Origin: a virus
Strand: one strand, 5' to 3'
UHGV virus genome: UHGV-1366640
Length of the DNA stretch: 64,000 bases
The stretch's first letter is position 1. Each line of letters starts with the position of its first letter. Shown here piece after piece: positions 48,291 through 57,595 of this stretch. The notes under the pieces were generated by a model that saw only the letters and a list, made by a program, of their open reading frames with translations, was not told the DNA's origin and made no database searches. A program made the translations under genes and the position numbers.

Positions 48291-51200
48291 ATGTCAAACA
48301 AAACAAACAATGAAGAATATACAGTTGATTCAATTCAGGTACTTGATGACATTCAACACATCAGATTGAGAAAGGGAATGTACATAGGAGAAACATATGA
48401 TCCTCATCATCTCTTTTCAGAAGCATTTGATAATGCAATAGATGAAGCTCAATCTGGAAACAGTGATCTTACAATTATTAAGAAATTCAAAGATGAGAAC
48501 GGAAAATTACATTATTATGTGAGAGATCATGGTAGAGGAATTCCTATTGGCAAGATTCTCTATGGAGAGAAAGAAGTGGAAGCTCTTCAGATTCTCTTTA
48601 CAAAATGTAATTCAGGAGCGAAGTTCAGTTCTGACAATTATAGAATCTGTTCTGGAACTCATGGAGTTGGTGGTGTCTGTATCTGTGCTCTCTCAGAATG
48701 GATGAGAGTAACAACAATCAGAGATCACAGATCTGTTTCATTGGTCACAGAATTTGGAGAAGTAAAAGATCTCGTTTATTCAGATACAGATGAAGAAAAT
48801 GGAGTTGAAATTGAGTTCATACCAGATCCTTCTGAATTTGAATCTTCTGAGATCCCAGATTCCTTTATCATTGACAGATGTGAAGTTGCTCAGGCAATGG
48901 GATATCCAGTAGATCTTTTTATCAATGATAAGAAGATTGAAATTAAGATAAATTCTCTCTTGGATTTAATACATCTTCAACCAGATGTCACGGAATACTG
49001 TTCAGATGTGATCAAAGTCAAAGATGAATCAACAGGAGAATCTTTCATTGTAGGATTCAAATATACATCAGATACAAAATACAGAATCAATGGATATACG
49101 AATCTCCTTTATAATTCATATGGAGGAACTCATACAAGATGTACAATAGATGCTGTCACACAAGCTTGGTCAAAATATACAGAGGAGAGATCTCTTGTAT
49201 GGGATGATTGTCTTCTTGGAATGAAGATTGTTGTAGCAGCATTTATAGATAATATTGCTTTTTCATCACAGACGAAAGATAAGTTGACTGTGCCGAAATC
49301 TCAATTGAAAACATTGACAGATCTTCTCTCACTCAAATTTGAAGAGTGGATAGAGTCACATAAAGATCTCTGTACAAAATTGCTTGATAGATTTTCAGAG
49401 TATCGAGCAGCTCAAAGAAAATTGGAATCTCAAAAGGAGATTATGAATGTTGTACAGATCTCAAAGAAAGATAAGAGTGGTCGTCTTCGCAGAGGAAGTT
49501 CTGTTGTGTCATCGTTGATTGATTGTACTTCTCCTTCAAAAGAGGATACTGAGTTGTATATCTGTTTGGCAGGAGATACGAAAATCAAAATGCTCGATGG
49601 TACTTCTCCGACATTAGAAGAATTGACTGAAAGATATAAGGATCCTGATGAGGAATTTTGGGTGTATTCTTGTGATGATTCTGGAGAGTTCATTCCTGCA
49701 AAGGCTCATAATCCTCGACTGACAAGATATGTAGATGAGTTGTATGAGATTTCTCTGTCAGATGGTACAATTGTGAAATGTACAGGAAATCATAAATTTA
49801 TGAATAGAGAAACGATGGACTGGATAAGAACAGATGAAATGACAGTTGGTACATCATTACATCATCTAAGTTTTGGAAAAACTGCAGATGGTAGATGTAC
49901 GGTTTTTGTGAATAAAGATTCTTCATATAAAGAAGAGCCTGTTTACCGAATTATTGGTAATCTATTCTATAAAGAAGAGCATGATAGACTATTTAATAGA
50001 TTTCGGAGAACTGGCGATGTATTAGATCGTCCTCAGCTTCATCATAAGAATTGCAACAAATTTGATGATCGTCCTGAGAATATAGAATGTATTACTCAAC
50101 GAGAGCATTGGGATGGGTACAGGCACGGATCGTTAAGTAGCCAAAGGATTACTGATTACAATAGATCAGATTCTCATAAAAGAGATATGAAAATTGCATG
50201 GAGCAATCCTGAATTACGAAAAAGGATGTCAGTTGGAGGAAAGCATACTGATCTTTCTAAGCAGAAATTACATGATCTTGCAGTAGATCCGAATTCTCGG
50301 GTATGTGCAAAAACATGGTCAGAGACTTACAATAACTCTGAGAAACATCATATTGACTTAATTACAAGATTTGAAAGATTTCCGAATCTAAAAGAGAAGT
50401 ATTCTCAAAGAACTTCCGAGATGAATAAGAACCCTCAGATTAAGAGAAATCAGATGAGAGGAAGAATTGGTAAAATAATGAGAGCACTATTTGATAGAGG
50501 ATTGGAATTTTCTGAAGAGTCCTGGAATTTGGTAAATTCTCAGCTTCATCATTCAAGTGTTAAGTACTCAACAATTCTAAAATATTTTGATTCTTACGAA
50601 GAAGCATGTAAATTTGGTCAGAATTGGAATTATAAAGTTGTTTCTATCAAACGAATTTCCTCTCCTCATACTCCTGTATATTGTATGACAGTAGATTCGA
50701 CTCACAGATTTGCTTTAGAGAACGGACTTATCAGCAAAAATTGTGAGGGGTTGTCGGCTTCGGGTTCTATAGCAAGACCTCGCAATAAGGAATTTCAGGC
50801 AGTTCTTCCTCTTCGTGGAAAGATAAAGAATATTGCAGGATATTCTCTCAAAGATGCTTTGAAGTTTGAAACAGTTGCGAATATTGTTAATTCAATTGGA
50901 TGTGGTATCGGAGAATCAGCTGATCCAGAGAAGTCAAGATATGAGAAGATTATTATCTCTGCCGACAAGGATTCAGATGGATCGCATATAGTAGCTCTTG
51001 TTCTTACAGCAATTGTGAATCTCCTTCCATCAATCGTCAAGGCAGGAATGGTTTATATCTTAGATGCTCCTTTCTATAAGTATTGGACAAAAGATGGAAA
51101 ACATCACTATACAAGTGATTTCAATGAGGTTCCTCAGTGGAGTTTTGATAATCACAAGTTTCTCAGATTCAAGGGTCTTGGTTCTATGGATGATTCAGAC

Positions 51201-51386
51201 TTCAAAGATGCTTGTCTGAATGCTGAGAATAGAGTTTTATTTCAAGTTGAATATCCTGATGATCTTGAGAGATTCAATCATCTTGCTGGTACATCTGCTG
51301 GTAGGAATGAATTGTTATCACACTATGGTGTCATAAGATCAATATCAGATTTAGAAGAGGATGAATCTGTAGATGAAGACTCCTAA
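48291..51386 (+). CDS. type II topoisomerase large (GyrB/gp39-like ATPase+TOPRIM) subunit, containing an intein
   Basis: ATPase motif GTHGVGGVCICALSEW. TOPRIM extein ...TELYI|(intein)|CEGLSASGS...EFQAVLPLRGKIKNI matches GyrB ELYLVEGDSAGGS...KFQAILPLRGKILNV. ATG 48291 is the likely start; the track gives TTG 48234. Confidence 0.7.
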   Translation: MSNKTNNEEYTVDSIQVLDDIQHIRLRKGMYIGETYDPHHLFSEAFDNAIDEAQSGNSDLTIIKKFKDENGKLHYYVRDHGRGIPIGKILYGEKEVEALQILFTKCNSGAKFSSDNYRICSGTHGVGGVCICALSEWMRVTTIRDHRSVSLVTEFGEVKDLVYSDTDEENGVEIEFIPDPSEFESSEIPDSFIIDRCEVAQAMGYPVDLFINDKKIEIKINSLLDLIHLQPDVTEYCSDVIKVKDESTGESFIVGFKYTSDTKYRINGYTNLLYNSYGGTHTRCTIDAVTQAWSKYTEERSLVWDDCLLGMKIVVAAFIDNIAFSSQTKDKLTVPKSQLKTLTDLLSLKFEEWIESHKDLCTKLLDRFSEYRAAQRKLESQKEIMNVVQISKKDKSGRLRRGSSVVSSLIDCTSPSKEDTELYICLAGDTKIKMLDGTSPTLEELTERYKDPDEEFWVYSCDDSGEFIPAKAHNPRLTRYVDELYEISLSDGTIVKCTGNHKFMNRETMDWIRTDEMTVGTSLHHLSFGKTADGRCTVFVNKDSSYKEEPVYRIIGNLFYKEEHDRLFNRFRRTGDVLDRPQLHHKNCNKFDDRPENIECITQREHWDGYRHGSLSSQRITDYNRSDSHKRDMKIAWSNPELRKRMSVGGKHTDLSKQKLHDLAVDPNSRVCAKTWSETYNNSEKHHIDLITRFERFPNLKEKYSQRTSEMNKNPQIKRNQMRGRIGKIMRALFDRGLEFSEESWNLVNSQLHHSSVKYSTILKYFDSYEEACKFGQNWNYKVVSIKRISSPHTPVYCMTVDSTHRFALENGLISKNCEGLSASGSIARPRNKEFQAVLPLRGKIKNIAGYSLKDALKFETVANIVNSIGCGIGESADPEKSRYEKIIISADKDSDGSHIVALVLTAIVNLLPSIVKAGMVYILDAPFYKYWTKDGKHHYTSDFNEVPQWSFDNHKFLRFKGLGSMDDSDFKDACLNAENRVLFQVEYPDDLERFNHLAGTSAGRNELLSHYGVIRSISDLEEDESVDEDS
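49563..50741 (+). other. intein (393 aa) with HNH endonuclease domain
   Basis: N-terminal CLAGDTKIKMLDG (Hint block A), internal HNH LHHKNCNKFDDRPENIECITQREH, C-terminal VYCMTVDSTHRFALENGLISKN followed by +1 Cys. Removing it restores a colinear GyrB TOPRIM motif. Confidence 0.7.
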
Positions 51387-51723
51387 TTTTCATTATGGTC
51401 AAGTATGGCTCGTTCAGGATCAATCAAAAATTAGGCATGGTTCAATTCAACAGAAGATGAGACCGATGATCATAATTTCCAATGAGAAGAATAACATTTA
51501 TTCACCGATACTCAATGTTATTCCTCTCACTGGTTCAAGAGATCTTCCTCGAGGATCATATCAAATTCAATATTATCTTGGACTTCGTCAAACTCCAATT
51601 ACTGTATTGTGTGAACAGATTACGACGATCAGCAAAGAGGACTGTGTCAGATATCTTTATACATTGAGTGACGATATCTTGACAGAAGTTCAAAGGGCAT
51701 TAAGGATCCAATTATCTCTATAG
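51373..51723 (+). CDS. MazF/PemK (Kid)-family toxin-like protein, no adjacent antitoxin
   Basis: GQVWLVQDQSK..HGSIQQKMRPMIIIS...PILNVIPLTG and VLCEQITTISKEDC align by eye with Kid/PemK (GEIWLVSLDPTAGHEQQGTRPVLIVT...VVPVTSG; VRCDQPRTIDMKAR). Overlaps the topoisomerase stop by 14 nt. Confidence 0.5.
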   Translation: MKTPNFHYGQVWLVQDQSKIRHGSIQQKMRPMIIISNEKNNIYSPILNVIPLTGSRDLPRGSYQIQYYLGLRQTPITVLCEQITTISKEDCVRYLYTLSDDILTEVQRALRIQLSL

Positions 51724-51742
51724 AGAGGAGTTTTATTAAGAA

Positions 51743-52801
51743 ATGCAGAATCGACGAAATGATATACCATATCTTGGGTGCAACAATATTGAGGGCATTA
51801 AGAATCCAAAAGATCCTGGAATATTGCAAGATAGATTAGAAATTTTATACCATTTTATCACAGAAAGATATAAGATTTGGTTAAGAAGAAATGCTGGTCA
51901 AAAGAGACCTTGGACTGATGATGAAATTCTTAGAGATTTCAGTTTTACGAATATCCGAAGAGAACAAGACAGGACAAGTCGCTGGCTGATAGAGCATATT
52001 TCGGAGAATGATGATCTATCAATTGCTGAGAAATTTTGGCAGACCATTATTTTTAGATTATATAATAAGATAGAGACAGCTGAATTGTTCAAACTTGGTT
52101 CGGGTTTTGACTGGGATTTTGAGAGAATTGAAGAAGCAAGATCTAAATCTGACATGAGATATTTATTTACAACAGCGTACTTTACATCAGGTTGCAGAGC
52201 AGCTTGGAATAGGAGATATCCAGATATTTCAAGATCATCACATCTTTCTACTCTTAAAGGAATCATTGATTATAGAAACGATTTTGATTATTCTGGTTTT
52301 GATTCTCCTATTAGATACCTTGATGACAAATACTACTGGAATGAAGATCTTCATGCAGATGATGTTGTTAATTGGCTTCTCAAAATTCCAGGATGTAAGT
52401 GGTTTATGGCTTATCAGTTATTCGTAGATCTTACATACATTCCATCTTTTCCAATTTCTGAGAATGAATATGTTGTTGCTGGTTCAGGATGCAGAACTGG
52501 TATCTGGTATTTGACTGAAACTTCAAAGTGGAAAGAAAATATGGTAGGAGATCTTAAATACTGGGAGTTTCTCTTTTGGTTAAGAGATCATCTTGAAGAT
52601 CTCTTCAGAGAGAGAGTTGATCCTAATTTCTCCTGTGATAAATTGTTTATAGATCTTCCATCAGAAGAAAGACATTTTAATGTTATGAGTCTTGAAAATG
52701 TCTTCTGTGAATTTTCAAAGTACATGAAATTGAAAGAAATGAAAGAAACAGGAAAGAAATGTCGAATAAGAAAATATTATGGTTCTGAGAGTATTCTATA
52801 A
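51743..52801 (+). CDS. hypothetical protein (352 aa) within the topoisomerase cluster
   Basis: Conserved-looking block KRPWTDDEILRDFSFTNIRREQDRTSRWL; no family assigned with confidence. Confidence 0.4.
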   Translation: MQNRRNDIPYLGCNNIEGIKNPKDPGILQDRLEILYHFITERYKIWLRRNAGQKRPWTDDEILRDFSFTNIRREQDRTSRWLIEHISENDDLSIAEKFWQTIIFRLYNKIETAELFKLGSGFDWDFERIEEARSKSDMRYLFTTAYFTSGCRAAWNRRYPDISRSSHLSTLKGIIDYRNDFDYSGFDSPIRYLDDKYYWNEDLHADDVVNWLLKIPGCKWFMAYQLFVDLTYIPSFPISENEYVVAGSGCRTGIWYLTETSKWKENMVGDLKYWEFLFWLRDHLEDLFRERVDPNFSCDKLFIDLPSEERHFNVMSLENVFCEFSKYMKLKEMKETGKKCRIRKYYGSESIL

Positions 52802-52826
52802 ATTTAGAGCGTTTATATTTGTGTAA
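52786..52826 (+). promoter_or_regulatory. bipartite promoter-like motif TGAGAGTA-N15-GCGTTTATATTTGTGTAA
   Basis: Hand alignment with the sites at 56965, 59111 and 62190. Confidence 0.45.
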
Positions 52827-52849
52827 TGAATCGTTAGGAGTTGATGTAA

Positions 52850-53200
52850 ATGCTGCAAGATTATAATACTGAACAGGAGAATCTCAAAATTGTTTCAAAG
52901 GATGATTTACACATTGGAGATCTTTGTAAGTATGCGTATTCAAGGACAGGCTCAGTCAAATGGCTGTATGGGAGAATTTTTGAAATCTATCCGAGATTTG
53001 TAAGAGTGAATCTCGAATCATATACAGATACTTTGAATTTTGATGCAAAGGGATTTCTAAGATCTGCTGGTACAGATTTTATAAAATTGGTTGAAATTGT
53101 CTCAAATGAAACAGGAGCTGTGCTTTATTCCGATTATGAACATAAAGATCATTTTCGATTAATTGATTTGCATGAGGAGGATAAGAATGCAGAATCCTAA
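52850..53200 (+). CDS. hypothetical protein
   Basis: 116-aa ORF. Confidence 0.35.
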   Translation: MLQDYNTEQENLKIVSKDDLHIGDLCKYAYSRTGSVKWLYGRIFEIYPRFVRVNLESYTDTLNFDAKGFLRSAGTDFIKLVEIVSNETGAVLYSDYEHKDHFRLIDLHEEDKNAES

Positions 53201-55046
53201 ATTGAAAGATTCAAATGAGATAATTGCAGAATCTTATGTTGAAATTGCAAAATATGTTGCAAAGACTCGAGCTTATTGTTCAATGATTGATGGCTTCAAA
53301 ACCGTATATCGTAGGATGCTCTTTGCTTCAAAAGATATCAAGGGAAAGAATAAGGCAACAGAATTTATTGCGAGAACGATGAAATATCATCCACATGGAG
53401 AAGCATCAGATGTTCTTGTATCAATGACTTGCCAATATGGAAGACTTCCTTTGTATAAGGGATATGGAAATTTTGGCGGATGTGGGTTTGGAGCAGCAAA
53501 TCCAAGATATCTTTCTGCAGAATTGAATGAGATTGCTAAATTGATGTATTTAGATCTGGTCGATTATGCAGATTATATGGAAGGTGATGCTGGTGAAATG
53601 GAACCTGAGTATCTTCCTTCTCTTATTCCATATGCTTTAATAACAGGATCTTTTGGCATGACTGTTGGGCTTCCTACCCCGGAGATTCCGTCTTTTAATC
53701 TCATGGATCTTATAGATTTCTTCAAAAAGAAACTTCTTGGAGAGACAATAAATCATTATCCAAGAATAGATGTGGGAGATGCTTATATTCTCCAGGATGA
53801 GAAAGATTTGTCTCCTCTGTACAAAGATGGTTGGCAGAGAGTTGAATTTCAAACATTGTATGATTTTACGAATGACACAATGTCAATAAGAGATTTTCCT
53901 CCTGGATGTCGTCATTGGAAATTTCACAGTAAGAAGTTACAGTCACTCATTGATCAAGATCTACTTGAGTATACAGATTCTACTGATGAATCTGGCGTCT
54001 GTTATGAATATAAGATTCTTAATCCTTCAAAATTCTCAATTGATGACTTGAAGTCTCTTGCTAAGAACTGGGTGAAATCTGTGCAAACATATAGATTATA
54101 TTTTGAACATTATTCATCTGTATATTTATCTTCACTGGACAAGATTGCAGAAGAGTCTTTGAAATATCTTAGGAAATGTGCAATACGAAAATTTGAAGCT
54201 GATATAAAATCTCAGTCATTCAAGATTTCTCTATTTCAAGCAATTGAGAAATTGAAGTCTTCCAAAGAAATCAAACAGATTTCTAAAAAGAGTACAGATT
54301 ATTTCAAGTCGCTCATACAGGAATGGGGATTTAGTGAAGAAGTTGCGAATTCCGTTATGACAAAATCTATTTCCTACTTAACAAATTCACATGATAAGGA
54401 ATATGAATCCCTTCTTAAAACATATGAGTACTCTTGTAAAATGTCAAAGGATCCTACTGAGTATTTATCACAGAAGTATGATGAGTTGAAGAGTCTCGTG
54501 GTTGATCTTTATAATTCAAGGAAGCATTCTGTATATAAATCTGAAGTCACAGATTTGTCAGATCTTGGTTTCTATTTCGATGAAAAATCTTCTGATATTG
54601 TTTTTGGAGTGAAAAGTAAGAAATTCAAGGATTTTGGTTCTTCCATTATTGTTGTATATCCTGACAATACAGGATATATTCAGTCAGTATCTTCTGCAAG
54701 ACCAAATTCTCGAATTCATATTCCTGTTAATTCGTCAGGATTGAAAGCAAGATGTTGTATAGGATGTTTTGATAACTCTAAATATCTTATAGTTCAAAAT
54801 TATAGAGATAGAATTTCAGTTATTCCTATTGAGAAGATGCAGTATACAGAAACAAAATTGTGCAAATCTTGGGATGAAGATTCGTTTGTAACAGCAGTAG
54901 TTACTTCGTTAGAAGATGTTAAATTTATTTCTCAGAAGGGAAGAGAATATACAGCTCACTGTGAAGATTTTGTCAGATCAAGGATTTCTTATGCTGATAG
55001 AATTTTCTCAAGAGGAAATGAGATTTCAAAAATAGAATATCTATAA
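53187..55046 (+). CDS. type II topoisomerase GyrA/gp52-like subunit
   Basis: HPHGEASDVLVSMTCQYGRLPLYKGYGNFGG resembles GyrA HPHGDSAVYDTIVRMAQ...GQGNFGS. ATG 53187 after TGAGGAGG. Confidence 0.6.
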   Translation: MQNPKLKDSNEIIAESYVEIAKYVAKTRAYCSMIDGFKTVYRRMLFASKDIKGKNKATEFIARTMKYHPHGEASDVLVSMTCQYGRLPLYKGYGNFGGCGFGAANPRYLSAELNEIAKLMYLDLVDYADYMEGDAGEMEPEYLPSLIPYALITGSFGMTVGLPTPEIPSFNLMDLIDFFKKKLLGETINHYPRIDVGDAYILQDEKDLSPLYKDGWQRVEFQTLYDFTNDTMSIRDFPPGCRHWKFHSKKLQSLIDQDLLEYTDSTDESGVCYEYKILNPSKFSIDDLKSLAKNWVKSVQTYRLYFEHYSSVYLSSLDKIAEESLKYLRKCAIRKFEADIKSQSFKISLFQAIEKLKSSKEIKQISKKSTDYFKSLIQEWGFSEEVANSVMTKSISYLTNSHDKEYESLLKTYEYSCKMSKDPTEYLSQKYDELKSLVVDLYNSRKHSVYKSEVTDLSDLGFYFDEKSSDIVFGVKSKKFKDFGSSIIVVYPDNTGYIQSVSSARPNSRIHIPVNSSGLKARCCIGCFDNSKYLIVQNYRDRISVIPIEKMQYTETKLCKSWDEDSFVTAVVTSLEDVKFISQKGREYTAHCEDFVRSRISYADRIFSRGNEISKIEYL

Positions 55047-55058
55047 GGAGGAAGATTA

Positions 55059-55583
55059 ATGGTACTCCATATGTCATTTCCTGACCTTAAATTGGTCAGT
55101 ACAAATGATGCGTACATACCAACAGCTGGTTCTGTAAAAGCTGGACATAAGAGAAGATCAGCATTTCTTAGGAGATCTAATGAACTTATAGAATTTCAAA
55201 GAGAATTCATTCGAAGGATAATGTCATTCTACAGTGAAGAACTTCAAAAATTCAAAGATACTTGTTCTCATGATTTTGAAAGACTTGGTTTTCAATTGCG
55301 ACTTGCAATTGGAATGCCTGATATGAATTATAAGCGAAAATCTATATCATACGATATTCGTCCATATGATGTTTCAAATTATATTAAAACAGTGGAAGAT
55401 GTTATTTCAAGGGCTTTGGAAGTTGATGATCGATACAATATGGAAGTTCACATTATGAAGTACAAGCTCCTGGATGTAGATGAAGAATTTAAGTCACGGG
55501 ATCATTGGAAACTTGATGTTGAAATTATTCCTGTAAATTATGAGACTTACACTAAGAATACTCTATTTGTGGGGGATGATTAA
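55059..55583 (+). CDS. RusA-like Holliday junction resolvase
   Basis: YDVSNYIKTVEDVISRALEVDDRYNMEVH matches the RusA acidic catalytic motif (DxDNxxK...DD). Confidence 0.5.
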   Translation: MVLHMSFPDLKLVSTNDAYIPTAGSVKAGHKRRSAFLRRSNELIEFQREFIRRIMSFYSEELQKFKDTCSHDFERLGFQLRLAIGMPDMNYKRKSISYDIRPYDVSNYIKTVEDVISRALEVDDRYNMEVHIMKYKLLDVDEEFKSRDHWKLDVEIIPVNYETYTKNTLFVGDD

Positions 55584-55584
55584 G

Positions 55585-55941
55585 ATGGATTCTATTCGAC
55601 ATACAATTTCTACATCTGATATTGTAACAGAAATTTTACATGAAAATACTCTTAAAATTGATAAGTCTCTTGCAATACGGCTGTTAGCATTATATACACA
55701 TAAAAAGGCACAGCATCTTCTCGAAGGAGACATCATTTCAGAATATTATCTTGGAAAAACAGAAATCTCTTTAAGAAGAGTGAATACTAAGAACATGTCA
55801 GAACCCTCTCTTTCTGCAAAAGGTGTTATTCGTCTTTCTCCAGATAATTATTATAAAATAATTGATAAAGCAAAAAATAATGAAGAATTCTGTTCAAAGA
55901 TTTCTTCAAGAAATACTAATTTAAAGAAAGGATCAATTTAG
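55585..55941 (+). CDS. hypothetical protein
   Basis: ATG 55585 directly after the RusA stop with a GGGGATGA SD-like sequence. Confidence 0.35.
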   Translation: MDSIRHTISTSDIVTEILHENTLKIDKSLAIRLLALYTHKKAQHLLEGDIISEYYLGKTEISLRRVNTKNMSEPSLSAKGVIRLSPDNYYKIIDKAKNNEEFCSKISSRNTNLKKGSI

Positions 55942-55943
55942 TT

Positions 55944-56960
55944 ATGTTCAAATCAAAAAGTTTAGAAAGTTTGCGTTACATAACATCAGAGATTGTAAAC
56001 ATTGAAGGAGAAGATTACGAATTCAGAGATTCTTCAGTCAAAAACCTGATTGCTTATCCTTGTTCTCTTGGATCTTCAAGATTTGTAAAGAAGTTGTACG
56101 ATTTAAATTCCGAAATTTTTATAGAATTTACAAAGAAGCAGCTTGCTTTAGAGAAATCTTCTATGTTTCTTAAGACTCATTTTGCAATAGTAGACGAGAA
56201 TGCTCATCTTATTTTGTCAGTATCACAAGATGAAACTTGTATAAATCACTATGGAGATTGTTTGAATAAATTATATAAGATAGCAGAAGAAGAATATTCT
56301 ACTGAAATTTGTTGTGAAGAGAAATTTACTGATTCTTGTATAACAACATTTGTTTATCCAGAATTTACAGATTGTGGTATTGAGTATGGAATTGTTTTCA
56401 GATATTATCTTAATTCAAATTATCTTTGTGCTAATAATTATCTTAAAGAGGAAGGACATGTTTATATCAATCCAATTTCAATAATTGAACAGACATTGGA
56501 AGATGAATCTATTGAGATATTGATATCGCCTGATGTTCTTAAGATTTATTTGGATCCTTCTGAGAGTGGATATAACATTATTAAGATATCATATAAGTCT
56601 TTTAGAAATCAGGATAAAATTAGATTATCAGTGCAGGAACTTTACATGATATCAAAGAATACATTTGGATTTAAGATTAAAGAGTCTTCTGAGATTGAAG
56701 ATACACCAAGAGATTCTCTTCTTTCCGGTAAGATATATCCAAAGTGGCTTAAGATGTTTTCAGAGATTATGAATCAACTGTATCTTATACTTTCAAAGAA
56801 TTATCTCAAGTCATCAATATCATTGACATCTGTGACAGTTTTTGATGTTTATGAAATGATATCGATAGCATTTGTTGAAAATGATATATCTATTGAAGAT
56901 CTTATACATTTCTTGTATGATGTCACTACGAATAAATTAAATTATTTTCAAATTCAGTAG
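55944..56960 (+). CDS. hypothetical protein (replication-module)
   Basis: 338-aa ORF. Confidence 0.4.
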   Translation: MFKSKSLESLRYITSEIVNIEGEDYEFRDSSVKNLIAYPCSLGSSRFVKKLYDLNSEIFIEFTKKQLALEKSSMFLKTHFAIVDENAHLILSVSQDETCINHYGDCLNKLYKIAEEEYSTEICCEEKFTDSCITTFVYPEFTDCGIEYGIVFRYYLNSNYLCANNYLKEEGHVYINPISIIEQTLEDESIEILISPDVLKIYLDPSESGYNIIKISYKSFRNQDKIRLSVQELYMISKNTFGFKIKESSEIEDTPRDSLLSGKIYPKWLKMFSEIMNQLYLILSKNYLKSSISLTSVTVFDVYEMISIAFVENDISIEDLIHFLYDVTTNKLNYFQIQ

Positions 56961-56964
56961 AATT

Positions 56965-57005
56965 TGAGAGTTTTCAAAATCTTTTTAGCGTTTATACTTG
57001 TGTAA
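56965..57005 (+). promoter_or_regulatory. bipartite promoter-like motif TGAGAGTT-N15-GCGTTTATACTTGTGTAA
   Basis: Hand alignment. Confidence 0.45.
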
Positions 57006-57052
57006 GAAAGGTTAGTTTCCAAATTTTATTAATGTTAAGGAGATTTTGTAAG

Positions 57053-57592
57053 ATGGTTGCAAGTCAGAAAGAAAAATACAATTCAATAATTTCTTTTTTG
57101 AAAGAAAGAGCAGAACAGGATCAACAGGAAGTTGAAAATCATTCTGAAGAAGTCACAAGGCTTGATGCATATGATTCACAGATGCTTTTGTCTCTCTACA
57201 TTAAATTATTTGAGCTTGAACAGTGGGATGATAGGTTTTCAGAGAATTATTGCTTTAAAGATCGTATAATCAAAATTAATCGATATATAGATAAGTTGAC
57301 TCTTCTGAAGGAGAAACCTGAGCTGATTACGATTTGCGGATTATTTATGGAAACAGAAGTTTGTTTGATACCAATGAGATTTGTAAAATTCATTGGTACC
57401 GGAAATAATCGTACAGCTCTACTTCCCGTTGATCCTGTTTCTGTTGGTTTGCCTTCACATGATGAAGTTGCATATAACACTTTTCGTGAATGTACTGGAA
57501 CTTATGGTGTTTGTTTGAGTAAGAGAAAAAATAGTTGGTTACATGATTTTGTTAAAACATCAAAATCCTGGGAATATGTAAGGGTTGATTAA
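57053..57592 (+). CDS. hypothetical protein
   Basis: ATG 57053 after AAGGAG. Confidence 0.35.
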   Translation: MVASQKEKYNSIISFLKERAEQDQQEVENHSEEVTRLDAYDSQMLLSLYIKLFELEQWDDRFSENYCFKDRIIKINRYIDKLTLLKEKPELITICGLFMETEVCLIPMRFVKFIGTGNNRTALLPVDPVSVGLPSHDEVAYNTFRECTGTYGVCLSKRKNSWLHDFVKTSKSWEYVRVD

Positions 57593-57595
57593 TTA

